DNA from: Candidatus Omnitrophota bacterium
GTDB lineage: Bacteria; Omnitrophota; Gorgyraeia; Zapsychrales; Zapsychraceae
Direction of reading: 5' to 3'
DNA length: 64,000 bases
NCBI GenBank assembly: GCA_028280285.1
Contig: JANQMA010000050.1
Span: 38,055 to 102,054, forward strand
Each line of letters starts with the position of its first letter. Within the stretch, counting starts at the first letter, position 1. Shown here one piece after another: positions 41,307 through 51,236 of this stretch. The position numbers and the translations under genes are program-made. The notes under the pieces are model-generated. The model saw only the letters and a program-made list of their open reading frames with translations, searched no databases and had not been told where the DNA came from.

Positions 41307-42392
41307 ATGAAAATTGCCGTTATCCATGCAACAGCAGGCGCAGGCCACTTAAAGGCTGCCGAAGCTGTCTACTATGGTATACAGAAGTATACCAACCATG
41401 ATGTCAAAATAATCGATGCACTTGATCATTGCAGTCCATTATTTAGAAAACTCTATGCAGGCACCTATGTTATGCTGGTAAGCCACATCCCGCGCATATG
41501 GGGTTTTGCCTTTGGTCTTGTCGATATTCCTTTCTTACAGGGTTTGATGCTTTGGGCCCGCGGTATTTATAATCACATGAATATGGGAAAGCTTGAGCAG
41601 CTTCTCATCGACCGTCAGTTCGATTATGTGATCGTGACGCATTTTATGCCGACGGAAATTGTTTCCCGACTTAAAGAACAGAAAAAGATTAAATCAAAAC
41701 TGATTACCTGTGTGACAGACTATGATGTGCACCGCATTTGGTATGCCAAGAATGTTGATCGGTATTGTGTGGCAACCGACTGGACCAAAAAGAAATGTGC
41801 GGCGATCGGTATACCGGACACAAAGGTGCAAGTGACAGGAATTCCAACCAATGAACTTTTTTCCGCCGCCTACGACGTCGGAGAACTTAAGGCCCAAATG
41901 AGTCTGGAGGATAACAAATTTACTGTGCTTGTGGCGACCGGTTCTTTTGGGATCGGTCCGATTGAAGAAATTATCCAAGAGCTGCCGGACTTTCAGGTCG
42001 TGGTTGTTTGCGGGCATAATCAATCGCTTTATAAGACATTGATGGAGAAGAAATATAAAAACGCCAAAGTATTCGGTTTGGTTGATAATATGCATGAGCT
42101 TATGGCTATTTCTAATGCTATGGTGACCAAACCCGGCGGGCTTTCGATTTCCGAGGCCCTTGTTATGCAACTTCCGCTTATCTTTTTTAATCCAATCCCA
42201 GGTCAAGAAACAAATAATATCCGCGTTTTACATGAATATGGTGTCGGTATAAGCAGCACAAGCATTGCGCATATCGCCCGGGAACTTGATAAACTACGTA
42301 CATCACAGGACGCGCATACGACCACACTGATGAAAACCAAAGAAGTAGGCCGTCCTTTCGCTGTTAAAGACATAGTCAACCTAACTCAATGA
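41307..42392 (+). CDS. Diacylglycerol glycosyltransferase (UgtP/MGDG synthase, GT28)
   Basis: GAGHLKAA, VTDY, TGIP, TKPGGLS and PGQE..N motifs. Confidence 0.88.
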   Translation: MKIAVIHATAGAGHLKAAEAVYYGIQKYTNHDVKIIDALDHCSPLFRKLYAGTYVMLVSHIPRIWGFAFGLVDIPFLQGLMLWARGIYNHMNMGKLEQLLIDRQFDYVIVTHFMPTEIVSRLKEQKKIKSKLITCVTDYDVHRIWYAKNVDRYCVATDWTKKKCAAIGIPDTKVQVTGIPTNELFSAAYDVGELKAQMSLEDNKFTVLVATGSFGIGPIEEIIQELPDFQVVVVCGHNQSLYKTLMEKKYKNAKVFGLVDNMHELMAISNAMVTKPGGLSISEALVMQLPLIFFNPIPGQETNNIRVLHEYGVGISSTSIAHIARELDKLRTSQDAHTTTLMKTKEVGRPFAVKDIVNLTQ

Positions 42393-44089
42393 ACAAAACA
42401 ATCGCTTTAGTTGTCGTCGGATTGCCGCTGGATAAGCATTTCGACTATGCTGTGCCCGCTACCATGCAGGCTCAAGTCGAAATCGGCTCACGCGTGCGCA
42501 TTGTCTTTGCCCGTCGTAAAACAGTAGGATATGTCATCGGTTTTCAATCTAAATCAAGCTTTTCTAAAATCAGTTCTATTTTGGAAGTGATTGACGATAA
42601 ACCGGTTTTGGACGACAATGATCTTGCCCTGGCACGCCAGCTGCGTGATTATTACGGTTGTTCCTTAGGGGAGGCCATCGAGGCAGGACTTTCGCCGCAT
42701 TTAAAAAGGGGGCGTAAAGGTCTTATTTACACGCGGGACAAAGTCAGCACAAAAAAACCAAAGCATGCGCTTATTTACGGTCTTAATGACAGTGATAAAA
42801 AGTGGAAAAGCTTTAATGATGTATTAACTAAAAAAATTAAAGCCGGCCAAAGTGTCCTTATTTTGCTTCCCGAAAAATTTTTGATTGAACAAACGGTTGG
42901 ACGTATTGATGCCGATCTTACTCAATTCATTGTCTCTATGGATCGTAAACTGAAGTCCGCCGAGCTTGATGCGTACGCCGAGCGTCTAAGCGGCAAAAAA
43001 CCAATAATACTTATTGGTATGCGTTCATGTGTCTTTAGCCGGATTAACAATTTAGGACTTATTGTTGTGCTTGATGAAGCCAGTAGTTCATATAAGGAAG
43101 AACAGTCGCCGCATTATCATGCGCGCGAAGTTGTCTTTATGCGTTCAGAACAAGAGTCGATCGATACGCTTTGGATTAGTTTGCTTCCGAGTGTGGAGTT
43201 GTGGTATTGGGCGCAAGAGCGCGACTGGAAAATCACACATATCGACGACGGTGTGCTTGGACAAGTCAAAGTGATCGATATGATGAATTATAATCCGGAA
43301 AAGCGTTTGTCGCTCTCGGCGCCGGTGCAAAATGATATTAAAAAGACATTAGAGACAAACGGTCAGATAGCGATTATTGTTAATCAACGTGATTTTGTTC
43401 CCTTTAAAGAAAGTGAAGAGGTCCCGGCAAAAAGAAGCAAGGTTGAGCGTTTGACCTATTTGGTTGAATGTATGAATGAAGGGGTGAAGGTGAGTTATTT
43501 TGGGCCTGGGCAAAGGTGTTCGAAAAAGGCACATGTTATTATTGCGACGCCAACAGTGCTTAAAGAAAAATGGTTTAGTCCGGATTTAATTGTTATTGCT
43601 AATTTCGATACCATGGTCAGCCCTTTTGATTTTCGCGCGTCTCATAAAGCCTTTCAGTTTGTTACGCAGCTCAAGTTATTAAATGTAAAGGTTGTCGTTC
43701 AGACATTTATGGCGGATCATTTTATTGTTAAGGCTCTTAGGGCGAAGTTCTATCAGAACTATTATCAGGAAGAACTTAAGCATCGGTTTGAGCTCGGTTA
43801 TCCGCCGTTTAATCATATTATTACCTATTCTTCCCGGGCGAATGATGAAGAAAAGCTTAACGGGTATATGAGCGATGTTTACGCGGCGCTCTACCGGCAG
43901 AAGGCAAATGATTTGGAGATGATCGAGCCTTTTGCGGATCATAGTGCGCGGTTGAAAGAGGATTTTCGCTACACTATAATGCTTAAGTCAAAAGAGGTCC
44001 GACCGACGGTGGATTTTTTGAAGAAAGAGATTAAGCAGGTGAAAAAGCCGGCGCGGTTTAAAGCGACGATTGATGTGGATCCGTATTAA
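42389..44089 (+). CDS. priA: Degenerate primosomal protein N' (PriA-like)
   Basis: N-terminal 3'-binding domain (FDYAVP..GSRV), YKEEQSPHYHAR, ELKHR..LGYPPF and terminal IDVDP. Helicase motifs are degenerate. Confidence 0.8.
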   Translation: MNKTIALVVVGLPLDKHFDYAVPATMQAQVEIGSRVRIVFARRKTVGYVIGFQSKSSFSKISSILEVIDDKPVLDDNDLALARQLRDYYGCSLGEAIEAGLSPHLKRGRKGLIYTRDKVSTKKPKHALIYGLNDSDKKWKSFNDVLTKKIKAGQSVLILLPEKFLIEQTVGRIDADLTQFIVSMDRKLKSAELDAYAERLSGKKPIILIGMRSCVFSRINNLGLIVVLDEASSSYKEEQSPHYHAREVVFMRSEQESIDTLWISLLPSVELWYWAQERDWKITHIDDGVLGQVKVIDMMNYNPEKRLSLSAPVQNDIKKTLETNGQIAIIVNQRDFVPFKESEEVPAKRSKVERLTYLVECMNEGVKVSYFGPGQRCSKKAHVIIATPTVLKEKWFSPDLIVIANFDTMVSPFDFRASHKAFQFVTQLKLLNVKVVVQTFMADHFIVKALRAKFYQNYYQEELKHRFELGYPPFNHIITYSSRANDEEKLNGYMSDVYAALYRQKANDLEMIEPFADHSARLKEDFRYTIMLKSKEVRPTVDFLKKEIKQVKKPARFKATIDVDPY

Positions 44090-44090
44090 T

Positions 44091-44365
44091 AATTAAAAAG
44101 TGAGAAATAAAAAGTAAAAAAGAAAATTTAGAATTAAAATAAATTAAAAAATAAAAATGATAATTGGTAGTTAGTAATTTGTAATTGGTATTTAAATAAT
44201 AAAAATCAAGACCTTTGAAAATAACATTATATATTTTTACTTTTTTTAAGACCTTTTCTGTTAAAACCAAATACTAATTACCAATTACTAAATACGATTT
44301 TAAATTTTTAATTTATTTAACTTTTTCATTTTCTTTTTTATTTTTTACTTTTCAATTCTCAATTA
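44091..44365. repeat. Nested AT-rich heptamer palindrome
   Basis: Outer A-rich/T-rich arms and inner taattgg/tagttag/taatttg vs ctaatta/ccaatta/ctaaata arms around a ~75-bp spacer. Confidence 0.7.
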
Positions 44366-44368
44366 ACT

Positions 44369-45304
44369 ATGAAGATTATATTTTTCGGTTCAGATGACTT
44401 TGCAGCCGCACACCTAAAGGCGCTTTTGGCGTCGGATAATGATGTGGTGGCCGTTGTCACTCAGCCCGACCGGCCGAAAGGGCGGGGGATGAAGGTGGTT
44501 GAGTCACCCATTAAACAGATCGGCGTGAAACACACGCTCGATGTGCTTCAGCCTACCGCGTTTGATGCCGCAGTTATTGATCAGCTTAAAAGCTATGACG
44601 CCGATTATTTTGTGGTGATTGCTTATGGGCGGATATTGCCCAAGGAAGTTTTGGATATTCCTTTGAAGGCGCCGATTAATGTGCATGGTTCGCTTTTGCC
44701 GAAGTTGCGTGGCGCCGCGCCAATTAACTGGGCGGTAATCAATGGCGATAAGGTGACCGGTTTAACGGTCATGCTTATGAACGAAAGAATGGATGCGGGG
44801 GATATCCTGGGCCAACATTCGATTACGATTGGCGCGGAAGAAACGGCAGAGGAGGTAAGAGAGCGGATGATGACCGAAGGCCCGGCGTTTTTGGTTGAAA
44901 CGCTTGCCAAATTTACCGATGGTTCGATTACACCGGTTGCGCAAGATGAAAAGCAAGTCACCTATGCGGCAAAGCTTGATAAATCGCTTGGCGTGATCGA
45001 CTGGCAAAAGAGCGCCAAAGAAATTAATAATCTTGTACGCGGTCTAACACCATGGCCTAAAGCGTACACTTCTTATCAAGGCAAGCAGCTTAAGATTTTA
45101 AAAACCTCGGTGGTTGAATATTGCGATAAAGAGGCGTGCGGGACGGTCATCGAAGTGCAAAAAGAAGGATTTCTCGTGCAGACGGGCAAGAACGCGCTTC
45201 TCGTTGAGTGCGTCCATCTTCAAGACGGCAAGCCTATGGATGCCGCCAGCTTCCTGCGCGGCCATGCGCTTGAGACTGGCTTTGTGTTTGAGGGAAAAAA
45301 TTAA
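44369..45304 (+). CDS. fmt: Methionyl-tRNA formyltransferase
   Basis: TQPDRPKGRG, NVHGSLLPKLRGAAPI and MDAGD motifs. Confidence 0.96.
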   Translation: MKIIFFGSDDFAAAHLKALLASDNDVVAVVTQPDRPKGRGMKVVESPIKQIGVKHTLDVLQPTAFDAAVIDQLKSYDADYFVVIAYGRILPKEVLDIPLKAPINVHGSLLPKLRGAAPINWAVINGDKVTGLTVMLMNERMDAGDILGQHSITIGAEETAEEVRERMMTEGPAFLVETLAKFTDGSITPVAQDEKQVTYAAKLDKSLGVIDWQKSAKEINNLVRGLTPWPKAYTSYQGKQLKILKTSVVEYCDKEACGTVIEVQKEGFLVQTGKNALLVECVHLQDGKPMDAASFLRGHALETGFVFEGKN

Positions 45305-45352
45305 TTATTCGCCTCGAGGCGGGTTGTATTTAGAAAAACGTAAAAAAATAAT

Positions 45353-45418
45353 GTGGGGACGCCATTTATGGCGTCCTGAAATGTTGATAATTTAGGATTC
45401 CATAAATGAAACCCCTAC
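45353..45418. repeat. REP-like inverted pair (GTAG-type REPIN)
   Basis: gtggggacgccatttatggcgtcct ... aggattccataaatgaaacccctac. Internal palindrome and GTRG/CTAC ends. Confidence 0.65.
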
Positions 45419-45458
45419 GGCCAACTCGAACCGATAAATATCAAAATTCTACTACCTA

Positions 45459-45878
45459 TTAATCCCGGACATCTGTATAAATGAAATCATTATAAGAAAG
45501 GTTTGTTTTTCCAAGCAAATCTTTTCTCATAGCTTTCACAATGTTACCTATTGCCTCTCTACCTTTCTCAGTATCTGGTTTTGTTCCTTTTGAATCGATA
45601 ACTAATTTAACCATATAATTTATGGCCTTAACGACATCATCGGAACAATACAGCCAAGATCTGTATTGTTCATCAAAAAATTTTCTTTTTAAATCGCTCG
45701 ATGCTGTTTTACCAATAAAAGATTTAAGCAAAACAAGCAAATTCGCATATTTTTCTTCCTTAAAACGTAACATCGCTTCGCTTCTTTTTGTCTTTATTGT
45801 AAAATGATATGTTACATAAGAACTTACCAGCCCTGCAACCAAAGGTCCTAAAAATAAAAAAATATCTCCCAAAATCAT
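45459..45878 (-). CDS. Hypothetical membrane-anchored protein
   Basis: N-terminal TM helix, SD ggag, AT-rich. Confidence 0.7.
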   Translation of the reverse strand: MILGDIFLFLGPLVAGLVSSYVTYHFTIKTKRSEAMLRFKEEKYANLLVLLKSFIGKTASSDLKRKFFDEQYRSWLYCSDDVVKAINYMVKLVIDSKGTKPDTEKGREAIGNIVKAMRKDLLGKTNLSYNDFIYTDVRD

Positions 45879-45903
45879 TTCTCCTAATTGAAAAGCTGTA
45901 AAT

Positions 45904-46722
45904 CTATTTTAGTTTTTTTACATCCTTATTGCTCAGTAATGATTTCATTTGAGTGATGGCTAACTGATTCAATTGTTGAAGTCGCTCTTCTTGTTCCACT
46001 TCCTGACCAATCAGCATGGCGTTAATGCTTTCTAAATTAGTCATGACAACCAATTGCTCCAGAGCGGCATGATCTCTAATATTTCCTTTTTTATCTGGAT
46101 TTTCTTTGCGCCACTCTTGAGCGGTTTTCCCGAATAGAGCTGCATTCAGTAAATCTGCTTCATTAGCATAAATGAAATTTATTCTTTCTTTTGATATTTT
46201 AGGAGGTATTAAATTCTCTTTAATAGCATCGGTATGAATATGGTAATTAATTTTAGCTAAAGTTCTTTGCAAATCCCATTCAAGCTTTTTGGTTTTACTT
46301 TCTTGTTCTTTTAATCGTTGAAATTCCTTAACCAGGTATATTTTAAATTCCGCGCTAATCCACATGCCAAATTCAAAGGCAATGTCTTTATGGGCATATG
46401 TGCCGCCATATCGACCTGCCTGAGCATGTAGACCGATTGCTTTGGTCTTTTCGACCCATTCTTTGACGCTTATTTTATAATTGTTAAGCCCTGCCTGACT
46501 TTTAATTATGGCGAATCCGCCATAATTAAAATCTGGATTATGTATCTTTTCCCAAATCCCGAGATATTCGACAGTATTTCTATTTCTCAGCCAATCGGAA
46601 ATAAAAAAATTTCCATCTTTTGCCTTTATCATATCTGTCAGCGAGATAAAGTCTTGATTATTTTTTGTGAAAAGGTGGATTTTGGATCCCTTAACCTCAA
46701 TAATTTGATTTTCATTTTTCAT
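45904..46722 (-). CDS. KilA-N domain DNA-binding protein
   Basis: DFISLTD, WLRNRNTVEYLG.WE and GRYGGTYAHKDIAFEF motifs. Confidence 0.9.
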   Translation of the reverse strand: MKNENQIIEVKGSKIHLFTKNNQDFISLTDMIKAKDGNFFISDWLRNRNTVEYLGIWEKIHNPDFNYGGFAIIKSQAGLNNYKISVKEWVEKTKAIGLHAQAGRYGGTYAHKDIAFEFGMWISAEFKIYLVKEFQRLKEQESKTKKLEWDLQRTLAKINYHIHTDAIKENLIPPKISKERINFIYANEADLLNAALFGKTAQEWRKENPDKKGNIRDHAALEQLVVMTNLESINAMLIGQEVEQEERLQQLNQLAITQMKSLLSNKDVKKLK

Positions 46723-46754
46723 ATGTAAATTTTCTATTTTTGCAAAAAATTTGG

Positions 46755-47138
46755 CTATTCTTCTAACTTTCCCAACAACTCACTAAAAGCAGGGTAGTAG
46801 AGGTCGAGGATATGGACATGGATTTGTTTGATGGCTTCCTGACTGTAGATGTGGACGGTTTTGTTGCGGTCATCGATCATCTGTAAGAAAAGATTTTCAT
46901 CTTCAATGATTCCATCGTTAAAAGCTTCTTTAAAGACGTCTTTGGGATATCTTAGGTCTTTGCCTTTTTCCTTATAATAGAGCTTTAATGTTTTCCAGCA
47001 CAGCTCGTAGGTAAACTCGAACCGCTTGATTGCGCTGTCGCGTAAGATATCGGTCAAAGGCTCCTGCTCAATGACTTCTTTGAGCCGGTCGTAGGCCGCT
47101 TGCCATTTTTCATACGATATTTCGAATTCATTTTTCAT
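46755..47138 (-). CDS. HEPN toxin (HI0074-like nucleotidyltransferase substrate-binding protein)
   Basis: IKRFEFTYELCWK and RNKTVHIY (R-x4-H) motifs. Confidence 0.9.
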   Translation of the reverse strand: MKNEFEISYEKWQAAYDRLKEVIEQEPLTDILRDSAIKRFEFTYELCWKTLKLYYKEKGKDLRYPKDVFKEAFNDGIIEDENLFLQMIDDRNKTVHIYSQEAIKQIHVHILDLYYPAFSELLGKLEE

Positions 47139-47424
47139 AAATTACCTTCCCCTGGCTAAGGACTAGTTTACGAAAATCCTCTTCGACATCATCTAAATAA
47201 ATAATATCCATTTGATAAAGGCCGATCACGTTTTCCAGATCGTCTTCTAGGTTTTTTTGAATGTCAAAATGTGGCTTTGTGCCGGTAACGGCAATATCAA
47301 AATCAGAGCCTGTGCGGTGCGTGTCTTTACTGCGGGAGCCGAAGAGATAAACGGTTTGTGGATCTATATGTTCTTTTAAGATAGCGATGGTGTGATTTAA
47401 GATTTCTTGCTCACGTTCAGTCAT
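47128..47424 (-). CDS. Minimal nucleotidyltransferase (MNT) antitoxin
   Basis: LFGSR-x8-SDFDIAV motif; overlaps the HEPN gene. Confidence 0.9.
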   Translation of the reverse strand: MTEREQEILNHTIAILKEHIDPQTVYLFGSRSKDTHRTGSDFDIAVTGTKPHFDIQKNLEDDLENVIGLYQMDIIYLDDVEEDFRKLVLSQGKVIYEK

Positions 47425-47436
47425 TGTAAAATAGTT

Positions 47437-47480
47437 AAGGGACGTATGCCTAATAATAATTATTAGGCGCACGTCCCTTT
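47437..47480. terminator. Long hairpin after gap (probable terminator)
   Basis: aagggacgtatgcctaataa...ttattaggcgcacgtccctt. Confidence 0.6.
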
Positions 47481-47485
47481 ATATT

Positions 47486-48523
<1,038 letters not shown>

Positions 48524-48555
48524 CTAAATTGTGATTTAAAAATAATAAGATGTAT

Positions 48556-48584
48556 AAGATAAACCTCAGCGGGAAAAATGTCAA
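48556..48584 (-). promoter_or_regulatory. gap promoter
   Basis: Minus-strand TTGACA-17 bp-TATCTT. Confidence 0.6.
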
Positions 48585-48643
48585 GGTAATTGTGACAGAG
48601 CTTTTGCTCGCTTTTTTCTTATATGTGGATATAATGTCTAAAT

Positions 48644-48673
48644 AAAAAAGGGCCAGGATTTTTGTCCTGGCCC
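48644..48673 (-). terminator. Intrinsic terminator on the minus strand
   Basis: gggccagga-6 nt loop-tcctggccc followed by T6 on the minus strand. Confidence 0.7.
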
Positions 48674-48754
48674 GCTTTGAAGCTCTGAGCATTCACTCGC
48701 AGGTAATATAAGTATACATACATATAACTCTTTTTCAAGCAATTTAGAGCCCTG

Positions 48755-49144
48755 ATGACTGACCAAAAAAATGTATTAGGAGAGGTGCTTAAGCCATGCT
48801 GTAAGTTTCCGATGACCGGATTTGTCCGCGACGGCTATTGCCGTCTTCATCCGCAAGATGCGGGTGAGCACACGGTTTGCATCGAAGTGACCGAAGAATT
48901 CCTCGCCTTTTCCAAAGCAGCCGGCAATGATCTTTCCACCGCCATGCCGGAATATGATTTTCCCGGCCTTATTGCCGGTGACCGCTGGTGTTTATGTGCC
49001 TTACGCTGGGTCGAGGCCTATAATGCCGGGGCCGCTCCCAAGGTTGTTCTATCGGCGACCCACGAATCCCTTCTTCAATATGTCCCTATGGAAACCCTCA
49101 ACAACTTTGCCGTTGATGAACAAGAGGGTTTGAACAAGCTTTAA
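48755..49144 (+). CDS. DUF2237 family protein
   Basis: PMTGFVRDGYC, GNDLST and GDRWCLCA.RW motifs. Confidence 0.9.
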   Translation: MTDQKNVLGEVLKPCCKFPMTGFVRDGYCRLHPQDAGEHTVCIEVTEEFLAFSKAAGNDLSTAMPEYDFPGLIAGDRWCLCALRWVEAYNAGAAPKVVLSATHESLLQYVPMETLNNFAVDEQEGLNKL

Positions 49145-49251
49145 AATAATTAAGTAATGTGTCCCCTTAATTCATGTTGATTATTTTTCCATATCGTGTA
49201 TGATAGGGGCACTGTCAAGCACGGTTGTAAATCGTTATAACTCCTTACTTT

Positions 49252-51126
49252 ATGTTTATTTTACGGATATCTTTCTTTTCTCTGATTTTTCTGTTGATTG
49301 GCGAAAATCTGGCGTATGCCCAAGAAGATGAGCCTGTTGTTGTTTCTGAATATGAGACCGTCATTGTATCGGCTAAACGCATTGCCTCATTGAAAAGGAA
49401 CCTTGCGGAAAATACGATTGTCTTTACGGCAAGCGACATTGAGCAATTACCCGCCCGGGATTTAAGTGAATTATTGACCTATATGCCCGGAATCGACAGC
49501 CAGCTCAATGGTCAATTCGGTCAATCCACGTCATTATCCATTAATGGATCTTCGGCCCGGCAAGTTTTACTCATGGTCGATGGCATTCCCTTTAATACAC
49601 AGCTTTCTGGTCAGGCCAGCCCAACACAAATTCCCCTTGAACATATCGAGCGGGTCGAACTCATTAAAGGCGCCTCATCAAGTGCCTGGGGCTCAGGCCT
49701 TGGGGGTGTAGTGAATGTCATCACCAAAGATGTTGGTGATACCAAAGTACCCCGGGGAACGTATACCACATCCTACGCGGAATTCGCCACAACAAAAAAC
49801 AGTTTAAGTTTGTCAGGAGCATTGAAGGAATTTGGTTACTTTCTTTCGGGCAGTTATTTTAGAACGAATGGCATTTTAGATGTATCAGATGTTGAAGAAA
49901 AAAAGTTTTTTGGAAAATTAAAATATGATTTAAACGATCAAGCCGCGCTTACAGGATCTTTCGGGTATAGCGGGGCGGATGTATTTTATGGTGTTTCACC
50001 GACCGGAACATTGAGCCATCAGCCTTATAACACAAGGTATGGCAAGTTTAAATATGATTTTAACAATGACAATTTCCGGTTTGATATCGCTTATAAATAT
50101 AATGATCAGACTTTTACCACCAATACACTAAACCCTACAACAAAGGCTGTGACGTTTGCCACGATTAATTCAAATAAGTATCATGGGTTAAGCCTAAATG
50201 GAAGCACTGTGTTGTTTGATGATCATGTGCTTGTTTTCGGGTCTGATTTTGATTGGCATATATTAAAATCAAATAATTTTTTATCCTCATCAAAAAGCAT
50301 CAGCATGCAGGCACCGTATGTAAACTACACTCTTCCGTGGAATAATTTTGATTTTATCGGCGGGCTGAGGCATGACCACAATCAACAGTTTGGTTCACAA
50401 ACCAGTCCCAGTTTAGGTGTTGTGTATGATTTTAAGGATACCCGTGATTCAGTTGTGCGTGGAAAAATTTCAAGGGCATTTAATGCACCGCCGCTTTTGT
50501 GGATTTATAATCAAGATACAGCTTTTAAAATTAACCCTAATCCTGATTTAAAAGCAGAAAAAGGTATTTTGTATGAGCTTGGATTTGATACAAAGCTTAC
50601 ATCTGCGTTGGATTTTAAATTAAGCCTTTATCGAACAGATGTTAAGGATGCTATTGCACGGGTCGTAGACTCTTCCACATTTTTTTCAACTCAAGAAAAC
50701 TTTGAAAAATTCCGGCGCCAAGGCGGGCAGCTTCTGCTCGATTATAAAATTACCGATGAGATCACATTTTATGGAAGCGGTGCGTTTAATGATGTTGAGA
50801 ACCGGGCAACGGGTGAAACAGTAAGGGATCAGGGCATTGCCCGGCAGCGCTACACATTCGGTTTACGCTATGGCGATAAAAAAGGATGGCGTGCGCATCT
50901 ATCCGGCTATTATAACCGCTGGTCCTCTTCACCGTCGCTTGAGCCGAATGACCGTAAACCTATTTTTAATTTGCGGATCACAAAAGAATTTAAAAATGTT
51001 CAAGATAATATAGATGTAGAGGCATTTCTTTCCATCCATAATCTTACCAATCGCCAATACTGGTCAAGCAAAACCTTTCCTCTGGCCGAAAAATATATTG
51101 AGGGCGGGGTGTCATTGAGGTGGTAA
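49252..51126 (+). CDS. TonB-dependent outer-membrane receptor
   Basis: Signal peptide, TonB-box ETVIVSA, plug IERVELIKG.SS..WG...GGVVNVITK, NPDLKAE, terminal W. Confidence 0.92.
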   Translation: MFILRISFFSLIFLLIGENLAYAQEDEPVVVSEYETVIVSAKRIASLKRNLAENTIVFTASDIEQLPARDLSELLTYMPGIDSQLNGQFGQSTSLSINGSSARQVLLMVDGIPFNTQLSGQASPTQIPLEHIERVELIKGASSSAWGSGLGGVVNVITKDVGDTKVPRGTYTTSYAEFATTKNSLSLSGALKEFGYFLSGSYFRTNGILDVSDVEEKKFFGKLKYDLNDQAALTGSFGYSGADVFYGVSPTGTLSHQPYNTRYGKFKYDFNNDNFRFDIAYKYNDQTFTTNTLNPTTKAVTFATINSNKYHGLSLNGSTVLFDDHVLVFGSDFDWHILKSNNFLSSSKSISMQAPYVNYTLPWNNFDFIGGLRHDHNQQFGSQTSPSLGVVYDFKDTRDSVVRGKISRAFNAPPLLWIYNQDTAFKINPNPDLKAEKGILYELGFDTKLTSALDFKLSLYRTDVKDAIARVVDSSTFFSTQENFEKFRRQGGQLLLDYKITDEITFYGSGAFNDVENRATGETVRDQGIARQRYTFGLRYGDKKGWRAHLSGYYNRWSSSPSLEPNDRKPIFNLRITKEFKNVQDNIDVEAFLSIHNLTNRQYWSSKTFPLAEKYIEGGVSLRW

Positions 51127-51146
51127 CCGTAAATGATAAAATGGGT

Positions 51147-51207
51147 GAAAAATGTCAGTTTTAGGATCCATAATGTCATTTAAATTAGTTTAATGCTGGT
51201 TTAAAGT
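51147..51207 (+). promoter_or_regulatory. Candidate activator site plus weak promoter
   Basis: gaaaaatgtcagtttt matches 56546-56561 at 14/16; aatgtca repeated at 21-bp spacing; TTTAAA-17-TAAAGT. Confidence 0.4.
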
Positions 51208-51236
51208 GCGCTCTCGCTAGTTAATCATTCCTACTT

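Noticed and set aside
45459-47472. Prophage or integrative element
   Set aside because: No integrase, transposase, tRNA target or direct repeats are visible.
48573-48585. gaaaaatgtcaag as a third copy of the RiPP-locus promoter motif
   Set aside because: It is explained as the reverse complement of the gap -35 (TTGACA), and it lacks the downstream gtttt and cattta parts.
49145-49251. Cobalamin riboswitch or Fur box upstream of the TonB receptor
   Set aside because: The gap is only ~105 nt, with no B12-box motifs and no convincing Fur palindrome.
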